The translations under genes were made by a program, and so were the position numbers. Shown here piece by piece: positions 23,581 through 36,208 of a DNA stretch of 64,000 nt. The notes beneath the pieces are model-generated. The model was not told where the DNA came from, made no database searches, and saw nothing but the letters and a program-made list of their open reading frames with translations. Source of the stretch: Octopus sinensis (Eukaryota); contig NC_043012.1 of assembly GCF_006345805.1 (NCBI RefSeq), positions 55,800,001 through 55,864,000 of the forward strand, given 5' to 3'. Every line of letters begins with the position of its first letter. Position 1 is the stretch's first letter.

Positions 23581-23975
23581 GGCGCAGGAGTGGCTGTGTG
23601 GTAAGTAGCTTGCTTACCAACCACATGGTTCCGGCTTCTGTCCCACTGCGTGGCACCTTGGGCAAGTGTCTTCTACTATAGCCTCGGGCCGACCAAAGCC
23701 TTGTGAGTGCATTTGGTAGACGGAAACTGAAGGAAGCCCGTCGTATGTATGTGTGTGTATATGTTTGTGTGTCTGTGTTTGTCCCCCCAACATCGCTAGA
23801 CAACTGATGCTGGTATGTTTACGTCTCCGTAACCTAGTGGTTCGGCAAAATAGACCGATGGAATAAGTACTAGGCTTGCAAAGAATAAGTCCTGGGGTCG
23901 ATTTGCTCGACTAAAGGCGGTGCTCCAGCATGGCCACAGTCAAAATGACTGAAACAAGTAAAAGAGCAAAAAGAT
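23581..23975 (+). mobile_element. SINE family B, full length
   Basis: ggcgcaggagtggctgtgtggtaag...tgactgaaacaagtaaaagag. Confidence 0.9.
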
Positions 23976-24196
23976 TAATGTTTTTGGTGTTGGCAAACAT
24001 GCAATGATGGTGGTGGTAGTGGTTGTGGTGATGGTTGTATTGGTGGCAGTGGTGGGGTTCGTGATGGTGGTGGTGATGGTGATGGTTATGGAGGTGGTCG
24101 AGATGGAAGTGCTAGTGGTGGTGGTGATGGTAGTGGTAGTAGTTGTAGTAGTAGTTGTGGTGGTGATGGTTGTTGTTGGCATTATGCGATGCAATG

Positions 24197-24360
24197 TTCG
24201 TCTGCCGCTACGTTCTGAGTTCAAATTCCACCGAGGTCGACTTTGCCTTTCATCCTTTCGGGGTCGATGAAATAAGTACCAGTTATGTACTGGTTCGATG
24301 TAACCGACTAACCCTCTCCCCTCAATTTTCTGGCCTTGTGTCTATAGTTGAAAGGATTAT
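24197..24360 (+). mobile_element. SINE family A, 5'-truncated
   Basis: ttcgtctgccgctacgttctgagttcaaattcc...catcctttcggggtcgat. Confidence 0.85.
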
Positions 24361-24785
24361 GCGATACAATGATGGTCGTGGTGGTGGTGATAGAGGCGAA
24401 TGCGGCGGCGTCAGTAGCAGCGGCGGCGCTGGTGGGATTCGATCATTTCATCCTCATATTTGAACAGATTTACTTATATATATATATATACGAAGGGATG
24501 CTGAAGACTTCCTGGCTTTGGATACAAGAAATTACAGGTGGATCAGGTGATTACGATTTTATTCAACAGATTCCCCTCTCAGATTCACACACTTATTGCA
24601 TCGGTCCTTCAGTTTTTCTAAGCCCTGTAAAAGAACTTGGAAGTTTGGGCTTTCAACTAGACCTTTCACGAGACGCTTAAAACCAGAAAGTTTTCAGTAT
24701 ACCGCGTACAAAAAATATTTCCATAGTTTTCTAATACAAGGGACATTTTCTTTTCTCTCTCTCTCCCCACCCCTCTCTCTTTTAC

Positions 24786-24980
24786 CAGCAGGGGGTTGTG
24801 GCGACCCCTGTTGTACTCTTTCGCCCCAACTTTCTCTCACTTTTTCTTCTTGTTTCGTGAGTAACGCTGTGATGGACTGGCGTCCCGTCCAGCTGGGGCG
24901 AACACATACGCCATAGAAACCGGGAAACCGGGCCCATGAGCCTAGCTAGGCTTGAAAAGGGCGCATAAAAAAAAAAAAAA
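24786..24980 (+). mobile_element. SINE family C, 5'-truncated, tail type delta ending in poly-A
   Basis: Family C body then gagtaacgctgtgatggactggcgtcccgtccag...gaaaccgggcccatgagcctagctaggcttgaaaagggcg. Confidence 0.8.
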
Positions 24981-25750
24981 ATATATATGCACATACACTC
25001 TATCATACCCGTATCGTCACAAATAACTAAATACCGCTTCGTGCTTAATATTACGGTATTACGTTTATGTATTTGTTTTGTTAGATTAATGTTGTGAAAT
25101 CGTGGCTTAAAACAGATATTGTTATATTTCGGGATGGTGCGGTTTTTTTTCTCTCCAAATAAACACATGCACAATATATTCGTTCTTCACTGCTGCTTTA
25201 TTATTGTGTCTTATTTATCATTGTTCTTATTTTAGTGTCTTTTGTCAGAAATCATTCGTCACACATCCTGTAACCTCTTCAGCGACTCTCAATAAAGTGT
25301 TTAGTTTCGTCGCGTGTGTTTATGTGTATTTATGTCACGTTAGATTTCTTCTGTCTAGGTCTGAACGAAGTCTGTTTGTTCCATTTGCATTTAACTTGAC
25401 AACTCGCTGCAGGTTGCTTCTCTCTGAGTTATATCCTGATAAGTTTATGACTGTCTGTGATAGGGTAGTCATTGTCGTTGCACAATTATCATTCACTTAT
25501 TTATTTATTTTTCGTCGCACCTACTTATGTTTGAAAGAGTGAAAGAGGCGTGACCTCCTGCATCTATGGCCTTTTTTTTATCAGCGCACTGCAATATTGT
25601 GTGGCCTGCGAAGGTATTGAAAAATGGGAAAAGTGTGTGTGTGTATGTGTGTGTATATATAGTTAATCCAAACATGAAAACACAACAACGCGAAAACGTG
25701 GAACAAGTATAGTATTATTGGACGCTCAGGAAGGAAGGGAAGAAGGAGGG

Positions 25751-25783
25751 TTTAACGTTTCGAGCGGAGCTCTTCGTCAGAAA
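25751..25783 (-). ncRNA. Minimal type I hammerhead ribozyme motif, intact core
   Basis: Minus strand ttt CTGACGA a gagc-tcc-gctc GAAA cgt t aaa. Confidence 0.7.
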
Positions 25784-25847
25784 ATAGGAAAAGGAAAGAT
25801 CCAAAGAAGGGAAGACAGGAAAAAAATCGCCAACGGTACACACGCAG

Positions 25848-25967
<120 letters not shown>

Positions 25968-25988
25968 TTCATATATATATACATATAC

Positions 25989-26029
<41 letters not shown>

Positions 26030-26105
26030 CGTGTGTGTGTGTGCGTGTGTGTGTGTGCGTGTGTGTGTGTGTGTGTGCGTGTGTGTGTGTTTGTGTGTGA
26101 TATGT

Positions 26106-26394
26106 GGAGGCGCAATGGCCCAGTGGTTAGGGCAGCGGACTCGCGGTCGTAGGATCGCGGTTTCGATTCCCAGACCGGGCGTTGTGAGTGTTTATCGAGC
26201 ACCTAAGAGGCTCCGGCAGGGGATGGTGGAGATCCCGGCTGTACTCTTTCGCCACAACTTTCACTCACTCTTTCTTCTGTTGGCCTGTTCACTTAGCCAG
26301 CGGGGTAGCGTAATTTGAAGGCTAAAATAATGCGAAGCGTATTGTGACCAGCGATGTGTAGCAACATCTCATAGCCTGGTCGGTCACGGTGATA
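26106..26394 (+). mobile_element. SINE family C, tail type epsilon, copy 1
   Basis: Family C head and body, tail ...cgaagcgtattgtgaccagcgatgtgtagcaacatctcatagcctggtcggtcacggtgata. Confidence 0.9.
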
Positions 26395-26412
26395 CACACA
26401 CACACACACACA

Positions 26413-26466
<54 letters not shown>

Positions 26467-26657
26467 TATATGTGTGTGTGTGGTGTGTGTGTGTGTGTGG
26501 TGTGTGTATTTCATATATATATACATATACATATATATATATATATATGTGTGTGTGTGTTGTGTGTGTGTGTGTGCGTGTGTGTGTGTGTGTGGTGTGT
26601 GTGTGTGTGTGCGTGTGTGTGTGTGTGGTGTGTGTGTGTGTGTTGTGTGTGATATGT

Positions 26658-26943
26658 GGAGGCGCAATGGCCCAGTGGTTAGGGCAGCGGACTCGCGGTC
26701 GTAGGATCGCGGTTTCGATTCCCAGACCGGGCGTTGTGAGTGTTTATCGAGCACCTAAGAGGCTCCGGCAGGGGATGGTGGAGATCCCGGCTGTACTCTT
26801 TCGCCACAACTTTCACTCACTCTTTCTTCTGTTGGCCTGTTCACTTAGCCAGCGGGGTAGCGTAATTTGAAGGCTAAAATAATGCGAAGCGTATTGTGAC
26901 CAGCGATGTGTAGCAACATCTCATAGCCTGGTCGGTCACGGTG

Positions 26944-26946
<3 letters not shown>
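26658..26946 (+). mobile_element. SINE family C, tail type epsilon, copy 2 (part of a 552-bp tandem duplication)
   Basis: No differences seen by eye from 26106-26394. Confidence 0.9.
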
Positions 26947-26977
<31 letters not shown>

Positions 26978-27423
26978 CCATACCCGTGTCGTCACAAATG
27001 CCTAGACACTGTTTCATGCTTAATATCACGGTAATTTCCTCGACGCAAATCATTCAATGTTGTTGATTGTATTTCAGGTGCGCATATACATATTATCGTT
27101 CACATAGCAATTTAAAATGTTATGTGCACGATAATTTTCTAAAAGCAAAAGTGTTTAATATTTAATTTCACATATGTATTTATATATACGTGTGTGAATG
27201 TATGAAATTGATAAACTAAATACAATTTCCGATAAAAATTTGAAGTTTATTTTGATTGAAATACCAGCGTTTGAGGAGCAAAAGCTGTGAATGCTGTTCG
27301 TCTGTTTTAGCATCTGTGACTGTTACCACTCCCACTCCGTGTGTTGTCTTACTCTTCTTACCCTAACGTGACCGATGGAGACACATTGCGTTTTATTATG
27401 TGTAGGATATATATATATGTGTA

Positions 27424-27480
<57 letters not shown>

Positions 27481-27540
27481 AATACATACTTACGTATAGG
27501 ACCAAAAAGGGTACGTAATCGCTTATATATATATGTAAAT

Positions 27541-27912
27541 GTAAAAAAATACAAACTGGGACAAGAACGTGAAACATTTAGAAGACGATACAAAAAAACA
27601 CGGACGGGACATTCGAAGCCTTCAATCTTCAGACAAGAACCGGATCATCCTCGCAATTTCGGCTGATTAATCTTGAGATTGCTCCGATCTGGCCAGCCCA
27701 AGGAAAATCTAAGCCAAGCGCATTAGATTCCTTGGAAGAAAGATTTTCCTTTGGGGCTGGCCAGATCGGAGCAATCTCAAGATTAATCAGCCGAAATTGC
27801 GAAGATGATCCGGTTCTTGACTGAAGATTGAAGGCTTCGAATGTCCCGTCCGTGTTTTTTGTATCGTCTTCTAAATGTTTCACGTTCTTGTCCCAGTTTG
27901 TATTTTTTTTAC
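27541..27912. repeat. Long inverted repeat, about 170-bp arms, 30-bp spacer
   Basis: 27541-27710 is the reverse complement of 27741-27912 with few mismatches. Confidence 0.95.
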
Positions 27913-27930
27913 AATTACATATATATATAT

Positions 27931-27974
<44 letters not shown>

Positions 27975-28152
27975 CATATACATACGTACATATCGAGGTT
28001 TCAACACTTGTTATTGCATTTAATGTGGAATACTGATGAATTATTTTGAAAGAATACATAATGTTTCCACAACTATTATGTAAATTACGCCATTTTGTTG
28101 AAACGTGTATATATTTTGTATACTGTTGAATAATATACCTGTTTTCAGTATG

Positions 28153-28209
<57 letters not shown>

Positions 28210-28984
28210 TACGTACATACTTATAATCACATGTATATGTATGTGCGTGTGCGTGTGTGCGTGTGTGCGTGTGTGCGCGCGCGCGTTATTATATGCATAT
28301 TAAGCAAAAATATAAAGTCGGTGTTGATGTTTTATATCGAACGCGTTGCCCTGACCTATAAAAACAACAATATTTTTGCCATTGTATCTCAATCAATCCC
28401 ATCGTAACTTATGTTGACAGTAGATTTATATGTGCACGTACTTGAAACAACCTTTGCTATGCTTAACAATCATTTCTTATTCATTCTTTCATAAAGCCAA
28501 CAATACCAGTCGAGGTCTTCTGCAATTATTGATAACAGCTAAACAGTCTAGGTCATTTGGAAGGTAAAAATATGGCTACGGACGAAACCGTTTGTTAATC
28601 GTGACTCGAGCAACTTTGCCACTCGCGTTCTAGAACAATCTTTAAGATAATGATCATATTGAAAAGTGTATAATATTACGATGATAACAGAAATTCTTTG
28701 CTAAATTTGTTCGCTGACAAGGTCTAACATTGAAACAAGTTGGAAGTTATCTCCTCTTATACTTGTTGCATAAATTAAAATTATATTGCTTTCTGATCTA
28801 ATGTTACCTCGCTTTCTAATAAGATTTTTAACGCCCATTACGTTAAATATGCTAACACAAACTTAACTATTGTTTTTCATGCAGATGGCATGCCTAAGAA
28901 CGCAGACTTATACGAATAGAATTGTTTTTATCCTGAGACAAGAATTGATCATATCTGAAAAATAAGTAAAGTTAATTGATTCAA

Positions 28985-29557
28985 ACTGTCCGGAAAGTTC
29001 GTGCCGATTTTTAAAGGAAAGAAAAAGTCAATAAATACTTGCCATTACCCAAGTTTTACCAGGTGCTCATGAACTATGGATTTTGATAGGTTGAGGCTTT
29101 CTGCCAATTCTCGGATTGTACAATGTGGGTTATTCTCAATTAATGACTTGATTTGGTCATCATCTGTAGTGGATGGTCTGTCTGATCGCTCTTTATCTAT
29201 AAGGCTACAATCTCCAGCTCGGAACCTTGCGAACCACTTCCGTACAGTTCTTTCGGATAAAGAAACATCACCGTTAACTGCGCATATTTCTTTGGTTGCT
29301 TGTAAGGGATTTTTCCCCTTACGGAAAAAGAAAAAATTAACAAGTGCCGAAAACGAACTTTCTTATCTTCCATTTTAAAGGGTTCCATAATTAACACAGG
29401 TTATAGGAACATAAACCTTCTTCCACGAAAAGATAGCTTAAACTGTGCTCTAAATGGAGGTGTAGTCAAATCCTAATTTTTGGACTCAACCATGTTCTAA
29501 AATAAGTCGAAAGCTAAGCTACTATACACCGGCACAAACTTTCCAGACAACCCAATA
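28985..29557 (-). mobile_element. Mariner element, internally deleted (retains N-terminal HTH coding region)
   Basis: TIR tgtccggaaagttcgtgccg / cggcacaaactttccagacaacccaa+TA; minus strand MEDKKVRFRHLLIFSF.../CAVNGDVSLSERTVRKWFARFRAGD...RPSTTDDDQIKSLIENNPHCTIRELAERLNLSKSIVHEHL. Confidence 0.85.
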
Positions 29558-30074
29558 CTACAGTGTATAAATCTTGCTCTACGATCTTCTCTTTGTATGC
29601 TCAATTGTAAAATTGTTACTATCAAACTTAATGTTAACAAACCAGTCAATTTGATTTAATTAAATTTACACAATGTTATCTTAATGAGTAATTCTGGTTA
29701 AAATTTAAAAGGGGGTACCAATGAAATCTTAATTAACATGAATTATGCTTAGAGTGTAGTGAAGGGTGAATCTGATCTGTCGTGGTACAAGTGACAACTC
29801 CGAACATCTTTCAGTCGTATTAGACATCATCAGCGAAGCATGGTCTGAGCGTAACTGACTGTAAGATCCTAAATTGACTAAAGAGATTTAGATTATTCGT
29901 TATTGAAAATTGAATTTTGTAATAATTTAGAATAATGATTAGCAGGAGGAATTACTCAGGAAAACTGGTGTTCCCTACAAAAGAGAAGATTATCTTGTTT
30001 GATCAAGTTTAATTTATTATAGTTTCAGAGTTGTTAACCCTTCCATTCTTTACTAGAATGAGTCATTCAAATAA

Positions 30075-30381
30075 TCTTTATATATAAAATTAAAGTCGTG
30101 TGTGTGAGACTCTGTCTCCTCCGATTTAGATTCCTAACTACTCCCACATTTTGCGGTGCAGTTTAACCAAAAGCAGGTATCTTATAGTCGTCATTCATAT
30201 CGAGTCCTTCTGGGTATTAGCGCGCGTCTACGATGAGTCTACGATTTAAAACAAAATTTACCATCATTTTTCCGCATTTTTAATGATTTTTGCTCGGGTT
30301 ATATAAGGGAAGTAACTCTCTAAAAAGGCTTATATAGTTATTTCCCTTACAAACCCGAGCAACGCCGGGCGATACTGCTAG
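30075..30381 (+). mobile_element. Helitron-type non-autonomous element
   Basis: A|TC start, 3' hairpin cccgagcaacgccggg, CTAG|T end, no TSD; homologous to 44504-44897. Confidence 0.85.
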
Positions 30382-30384
30382 TTC

Positions 30385-30590
30385 TTTCTAATTTTGGAAC
30401 AAAGCCAGTAAATTTTGAGGAGAGGAGGGAAAGTCGATTAGATTAATTCCGATTATTGACTGGTACTTTATTTTCTCGAATCCAAGAAGATGATAGGGAA
30501 GGCGACCTTGATGGAATTTGAACGCAGAACGTAACAAATCAGAAGAAATGCTGCTAAACATCTGCTAACGATTGTGTCAGCTTATCACTT
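30385..30590 (-). mobile_element. SINE family A, degenerate
   Basis: aaagtcgatt...ggtactttatttt...ggaatttgaacgcagaacgtaa...ctaacgatt. Confidence 0.6.
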
Positions 30591-30940
30591 TGATAAATCC
30601 CGTTGCTAATGATTGCTGGCATCATTAACAGTGTAGTTTTAATCAATCAAACTTCATTGGATTATAGCGATTGCCCACTTTACTATTAAGCAAACAAAAA
30701 GAAGGTCGAAGAACGAGATTTCCACACTTTCACATTCAAGTCTCACGGCTCGGTTTCAAATTCTAATCAGAGCCGATTAACTTCACTTGCTTTATAGCGC
30801 TGAGTTCAGTTTCTGTAGCAGGTAAATATCATTGTGATAGACCAACATCCTATCTATGAAAAGATTAACCGCAGTTTTGCAATTTTTTCCTAGCTTTCTT
30901 TTGACATGTCCCTTTGTTTTTGTATTAATTGCAGAGGAAA

Positions 30941-31536
30941 GGCGGCGAGCTGGCAGAAACGTTAGCACGCCGGGCGAAATGCGTCGCCGTATTTCGTATG
31001 CCGTTACGTTCTGAGTTCAAATTCCGCCGCGGTCGACTTTGCCTTTCATCCTTTTGGGGTCGATTAAATAAGTACCAGTTACGCACTGGAGTCGATATAA
31101 TCGACTAATCCGTTTGTCTGTCCTTGTTTGTCCTCTCTGTGTTTAGCCCCTTGTGGGTAGTAAAGAAATAGGTATTTCGTCTGCCGCTACGTTCTGAGTT
31201 CAAATTCCGCCGAGGTCGACTTTGCCTTTCATCCTTTCGGGGTCGATGAATTAAATACCAGTTACGCACTGGGTCGATATAATCGACTTAATCTCTTTGT
31301 TTGTCCCCTCTATGTTTAGCCTCTTGTAGGTAATAAAGAAATAAGAAACGTTAGCACGCCGGGCGAAATGCTTAGAGGTATTTCATCTGTTTTTACGTTC
31401 TGAGTTTAAATTCCGTCGAGGTTGACTTTGCCTTTCACCCTTTCGGGGTCGATAAATTAAATATCGCTTGCGTACTCGGGTCGATCTAATCGACTGGCCC
31501 CCTCCCCAAAAGTTTCGGGTGTTGTGCCTTGAGAAG
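30941..31536 (+). mobile_element. SINE family A trimer flanked by one 16-bp TSD
   Basis: Three cores (about 31020, 31200, 31400); TSD attaattgcagaggaa at 30924-30939 and 31537-31552. Confidence 0.9.
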
Positions 31537-31613
31537 ATTAATTGCAGAGGAAGCTGGATATTGCAAGAGGTATTGTTTTCCCCACAATCATTAACAAAGC
31601 AGGTGAACTAATT

Positions 31614-31808
31614 TACCGTATAAGTCACACTATTATATACTTGATTTTAACTGAAAAAAACTGAGATAAATCACATACACGAGGTAATGCTAAATTTATA
31701 AATGGAAAGAAACTTGTACCAAAATTTAACACAAAATTAATCACGGGAATGACTTAACACGACAAATACTTTTACACGAGAGCAACTTTTACACGAATAA
31801 ATACGGTA
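31614..31808. mobile_element. Probable pogo/Tigger-type MITE remnant
   Basis: Left taccgtat..., right ...ttacacgaataaatacggta (reverse complement taccgtatttattcgtgtaa). Confidence 0.5.
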
Positions 31809-32180
31809 ATTTCAGCCGGGACTTGAAATCAGCTCTTAGTGTTCGCCTGGATATTCTTATTATCACTAAGGAAACTTTTTAAGTTCGTCGGAAAATCCAT
31901 TGGTTTCGTTAGTGTCCGATAGGAAACATTCAGGCAAACATCTAGTGGTATGGCCGTCTTAGTGGTGACTGTTACAGTCAAATATATGTATTCTATTTCC
32001 GGATAGATTAACTTGAAATGTCAGACTTAAACAAAGGTTTCCGCCTTCACTTCCATTTCGTTAACTTTCTCATCTAAAAATTCACATAGTTTTCTAACAG
32101 AAATATATGTTCTCACAGCATATTTACCGATTAGGATTATGACACAGTAAGGTCACTCATCTCTTGGGGGCAAAATAACG

Positions 32181-32291
32181 CACTGGCTATCGTCTGGTCA
32201 ACATAATTTACTGATTATCGTCTGGTCAAAACATAATGCACTGATTATCGTCTGGTCAAAACATAATGCACTGATTATCGTCTGGTCAAAA
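32181..32291. repeat. 30-bp minisatellite, about 3.7 units
   Basis: actgattatcgtctggtcaaaacataatgc repeated. Confidence 0.9.
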
Positions 32292-32707
32292 TATTCAAAC
32301 AAAATATATGTTTACTTAATATAATCAAAATTAATTTTCGGATTTGTTTTATTTTCCTCTCTCTTATAAATCCTATTTTTATTTATATTTACGTCAGAAT
32401 TTAATTTTTTCTATTATCTTTTGGAATACAGAGAAAATTAAAGGTGATTGACAGATTGAACAAGTACAACTCTGAATTAGAGTCAACTGTATTTAGTTAC
32501 GTCCTATCCTCACCCAGAACCAATACCAGTAATACACGTGTCGGGTGTGTTATTTTAATACTTCCTCAACTAGAGAGAGAGAGAGAAAGAAAGAGAGAAA
32601 GTAAGAAAGAGAGAGTGAAAGTGAGCGAGTGATTGAGTGAGAGAGAGACAAACAGAAACAGAGACAAAGAGAAAGAGAGAGACAGACAGAGAAGGAGGAG
32701 AGAATGA

Positions 32708-32762
<55 letters not shown>

Positions 32763-32810
32763 TGTGTGTGAGTGTGTGCGTATTCATATACGCATACATA
32801 TATTGCCCGA

Positions 32811-32960
32811 CTGGCGGGGTCATCAGAACGTCGAATAGAGAGGTTTGCGATAATCGTCCTGACTCTCTACCCTCTGAGTTCAAATCCCGCAAAGATAGGT
32901 TTTACCGTTCATCCTTTCGACTACGGTTTGACTATTGTAGCAGATTATTTTCTTTTTCCT
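32811..32960 (+). mobile_element. Family A-related SINE, degenerate
   Basis: ctctgagttcaaatcccgc...gttcatcctttcg. Confidence 0.55.
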
Positions 32961-33041
32961 TCTAAATAACTTCTATGTTAAAATGGAGACTATATAATTT
33001 ATAATCTTTACCATTTGCATTAAAGTTTTAGGCGTATATCT

Positions 33042-33420
33042 GGCATAGGTGCAGTCGTTGCTGTGTGTTAAGACGCTTGCTTCCCATCTACATGGTTCCG
33101 GGTTCAACCCCACAGCAGTACACCTTTGGCAAATGTCTTCTACTATAGCCTCGGATCGACTAAAGCCCTAAGTGGAATTGGTAGACGGAAACTGAAAAAA
33201 GCCCGTCGTATATATATATGTGAGTGTGTGTCTTTGTGTCTGTGTTTGTCCCCCACCACCGCCTGTTGGTTTGCTTACGTTCCCGTAACATTAGCGGTTC
33301 AGCAAAAAAGTCCGATAAATTATGTACCAGGCTTTAAAAAAAGGACTGGGCTACCAATTCTTCAAGGCGGTGCCCCAGTGTGGCCGCAGTTTAATGACTG
33401 AAACATGTAAGAGATGAAAT
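33042..33420 (+). mobile_element. SINE family B, diverged full length
   Basis: Head, cacctttggcaaatgtcttc CORE-like segment, ggcggtgccccagtgtggccgcag tail. Confidence 0.85.
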
Positions 33421-33455
33421 ATATAAAAATATATATGCGTATGTACGAGCATATA

Positions 33456-33517
<62 letters not shown>

Positions 33518-33545
33518 ATATGTCGGCGCATGTATGTAATGTATG

Positions 33546-33642
<97 letters not shown>

Positions 33643-33828
33643 TATATATAAATTTTATTAGTGGCCAGCATATGAAAAATACCTTTGAAGGTCAAAATTA
33701 TACAATTATAGATAAAGGCAAAAAGGAAAAAATTTCTTTGCCAATTTGGCAATACGGTTAGACGATTTAGCGTCTATTTTTCAGCAGCATATTGGCAAAG
33801 GAATTCTTTCTTTTTGCCCTTATTCATA

Positions 33829-33910
<82 letters not shown>

Positions 33911-34131
33911 ATTTATTTACTACCCACAAGGGGCTAAACACAGAGGGGACAAACAAGGACAGACGAACGGATTAAGTCGATTACATCGACCCAGTGCGTA
34001 ACTGGTACTTAATTTATCGACCCCGAAAGGATGAAAGGCAAAGTCGACCTTGGTGGAATTTGAACTCAGAACGTAACGGCAGACGAAATACGGCTACGCA
34101 TTTCGCCCGGCGTGCTAACGTTTCTGCCGCC
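33911..34131 (-). mobile_element. SINE family A (A1 tail)
   Basis: Reverse complement of family A consensus, small head deletion. Confidence 0.9.
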
Positions 34132-34420
34132 TTTATATATATATATATGTCGGCGTACGTATATGAGGAAGTGCCTTATTATGAACGCCGCCTGTATTGC
34201 ATCAATTAATGAATATGGTAAGAATGTAAGAAAGCGTATTGTAACAATAATATTAAAGATTAATAAAAGAAGTACAAATGCTGTTGGCAACGCTGATTGA
34301 TTCTTCTAATTTGTGATAACCGGTTTTGATTGTATTATGTGGTGGAAGCCATGTTGTTGTCGTTATTGATGATGATGATGATGATGATGATGATGTTATC
34401 GTTGTTGTTGTTGTTGATGA

Positions 34421-34768
34421 TTGTTTGTTTGTTGAGCGATGCGGTCTTCGTCCCATTAGTGGGAGAAGTCCGAAACGTGGTCCTTTGCTATTCGTAAGAC
34501 CCGCAGAAGAGGAAGCATGTCACCCCCCCCCCCGACACCGAGAGCATCGACGGATGGATAAATGCGCATCCAGGCTCAGCGGTTGCGAAGGAAGTCGGGG
34601 ACAAGAAACAGGGAAAAGAAAGAGTGAGAGAAAGTTGGGGCGAAAGAGTACAACAGGGGTCGCCACCACCCCCTGCCGGACCCTCGTGGAGCTTCAGGTG
34701 TTTTCGTTCAATAAACACACACAACGCCCGGTCTGGGAATCGAAACCGCGATCCTCCGACCGCGAGTC
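34421..34768 (-). mobile_element. SINE family C, tail type alpha, head truncated
   Basis: Matches 5030-5355. Confidence 0.9.
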
Positions 34769-35054
34769 TGTTGTTGATGATGATGATGATGATGTTAGCG
34801 TTGTTGTTGTTGTTGACGATGATGATGATGTTGTCTAGTCCCAGGTCAACACTAATCGATTCAAGCTGCGACCAATGTCATTTCAACCTTGATCATACCG
34901 TCTTTCCTGTCCAGACATCTATAACAACGTTTATCTAGAACTACATTACGCAATATATATGTATCTTCGAAAAATCAATCGGGTGTAATTTGATGAAGAT
35001 ATTGCTGTTATTATTCGGTGTCATTTGGCCGTTGTTGTTAGCGTTATTGCTGTG

Positions 35055-35156
<102 letters not shown>

Positions 35157-35157
35157 T

Positions 35158-35229
<72 letters not shown>

Positions 35230-35231
<2 letters not shown>

Positions 35232-35450
35232 AGGCGCGTGGCTTAGTGGTTAGGATGTGAGCATCATAATCGTGAGATTGTGGTTTCGATTCTTGGACCG
35301 GGTGACGCGTTGTGTTCTTGAGCAAAACACTTCATTTCACGTTGCTCCAGTTCACTCAGCTGGCAAAAATGAGTAACGCTGCGATGGACACATACGCCAT
35401 TGAAACCGGGAAACCGGGCCCATGAGCCTAGCTAGGCTTGAAAAGGGCGA
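35230..35450 (+). mobile_element. Chimeric SINE: family D-type head/body + delta tail
   Basis: gagcaaaacacttcatttcacgttgctccagttcactcagctg (D body) joined to gagtaacgctgcgatggac...ggcttgaaaagggcg (tail of 24786 copy). Confidence 0.8.
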
Positions 35451-35451
35451 C

Positions 35452-35496
<45 letters not shown>

Positions 35497-36208
35497 TAGA
35501 TAGATAGATAGAAAGATAGTCAATGGATTGACATGTATTATTTTTCTCTCTGTTAAAATTATAAAGATAAAGGCAGGCTTTAAGTTGTTTTTATTGTTTT
35601 GACAATTATTTTGACACCTGAGAAATCTAACTTATGCAATAAAGGCGAAATAAAGACACTTGAATACAATGAGTTTTAACCTTATTTTGTTCTCTAATGC
35701 ATATTGTTAACACTATTGCTTCTTTTTTCGAGATATTCAATTACTATAAGCTAAGTGCAGCCATTAAGTTTTCCAGACGGTTTGTACTACTTTACAAACT
35801 CATTTTATTTGGCCTGAATAGCTATCATTCATTTAGCAACGGCCTTTATATCATATATACGTCACCCAGCTAGTTTAAACGCCTAATTGATAAATTGACG
35901 ATGGCTGTCAAATTTCAACAGCAAATATTTTCTTAGAATTTATAAACAAACAGGCGTCTTATATGAAGAATATTACCAAGCTAATTAAACTGTTCAAACA
36001 AAAATGAAGAACTAATTTAAAGCCAAATAGCGTTAGTTTGTCAACGAAATAAAATCGTATGGGGCTAAAACAAAAAAAAAAGAGAGAGAGAAAGAGAGAG
36101 TTTCTGGACTGAGTGAGAAAACCATACAGGTTCTAAACTCAGCGCAGATTGAGAATAAGGAAAGCAGCTCTAAAGCAGAGGAGAAAAGCCGAAAGGAATA
36201 ACTGAATC

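Noticed and set aside
32181-32291. CRISPR-like direct repeats (30 bp)
   Set aside because: No spacers, eukaryotic context; ordinary minisatellite.
34326-34838. 170-aa ORF
   Set aside because: Antisense reading of a family C SINE plus (GAT)n/(GTT)n tracts.
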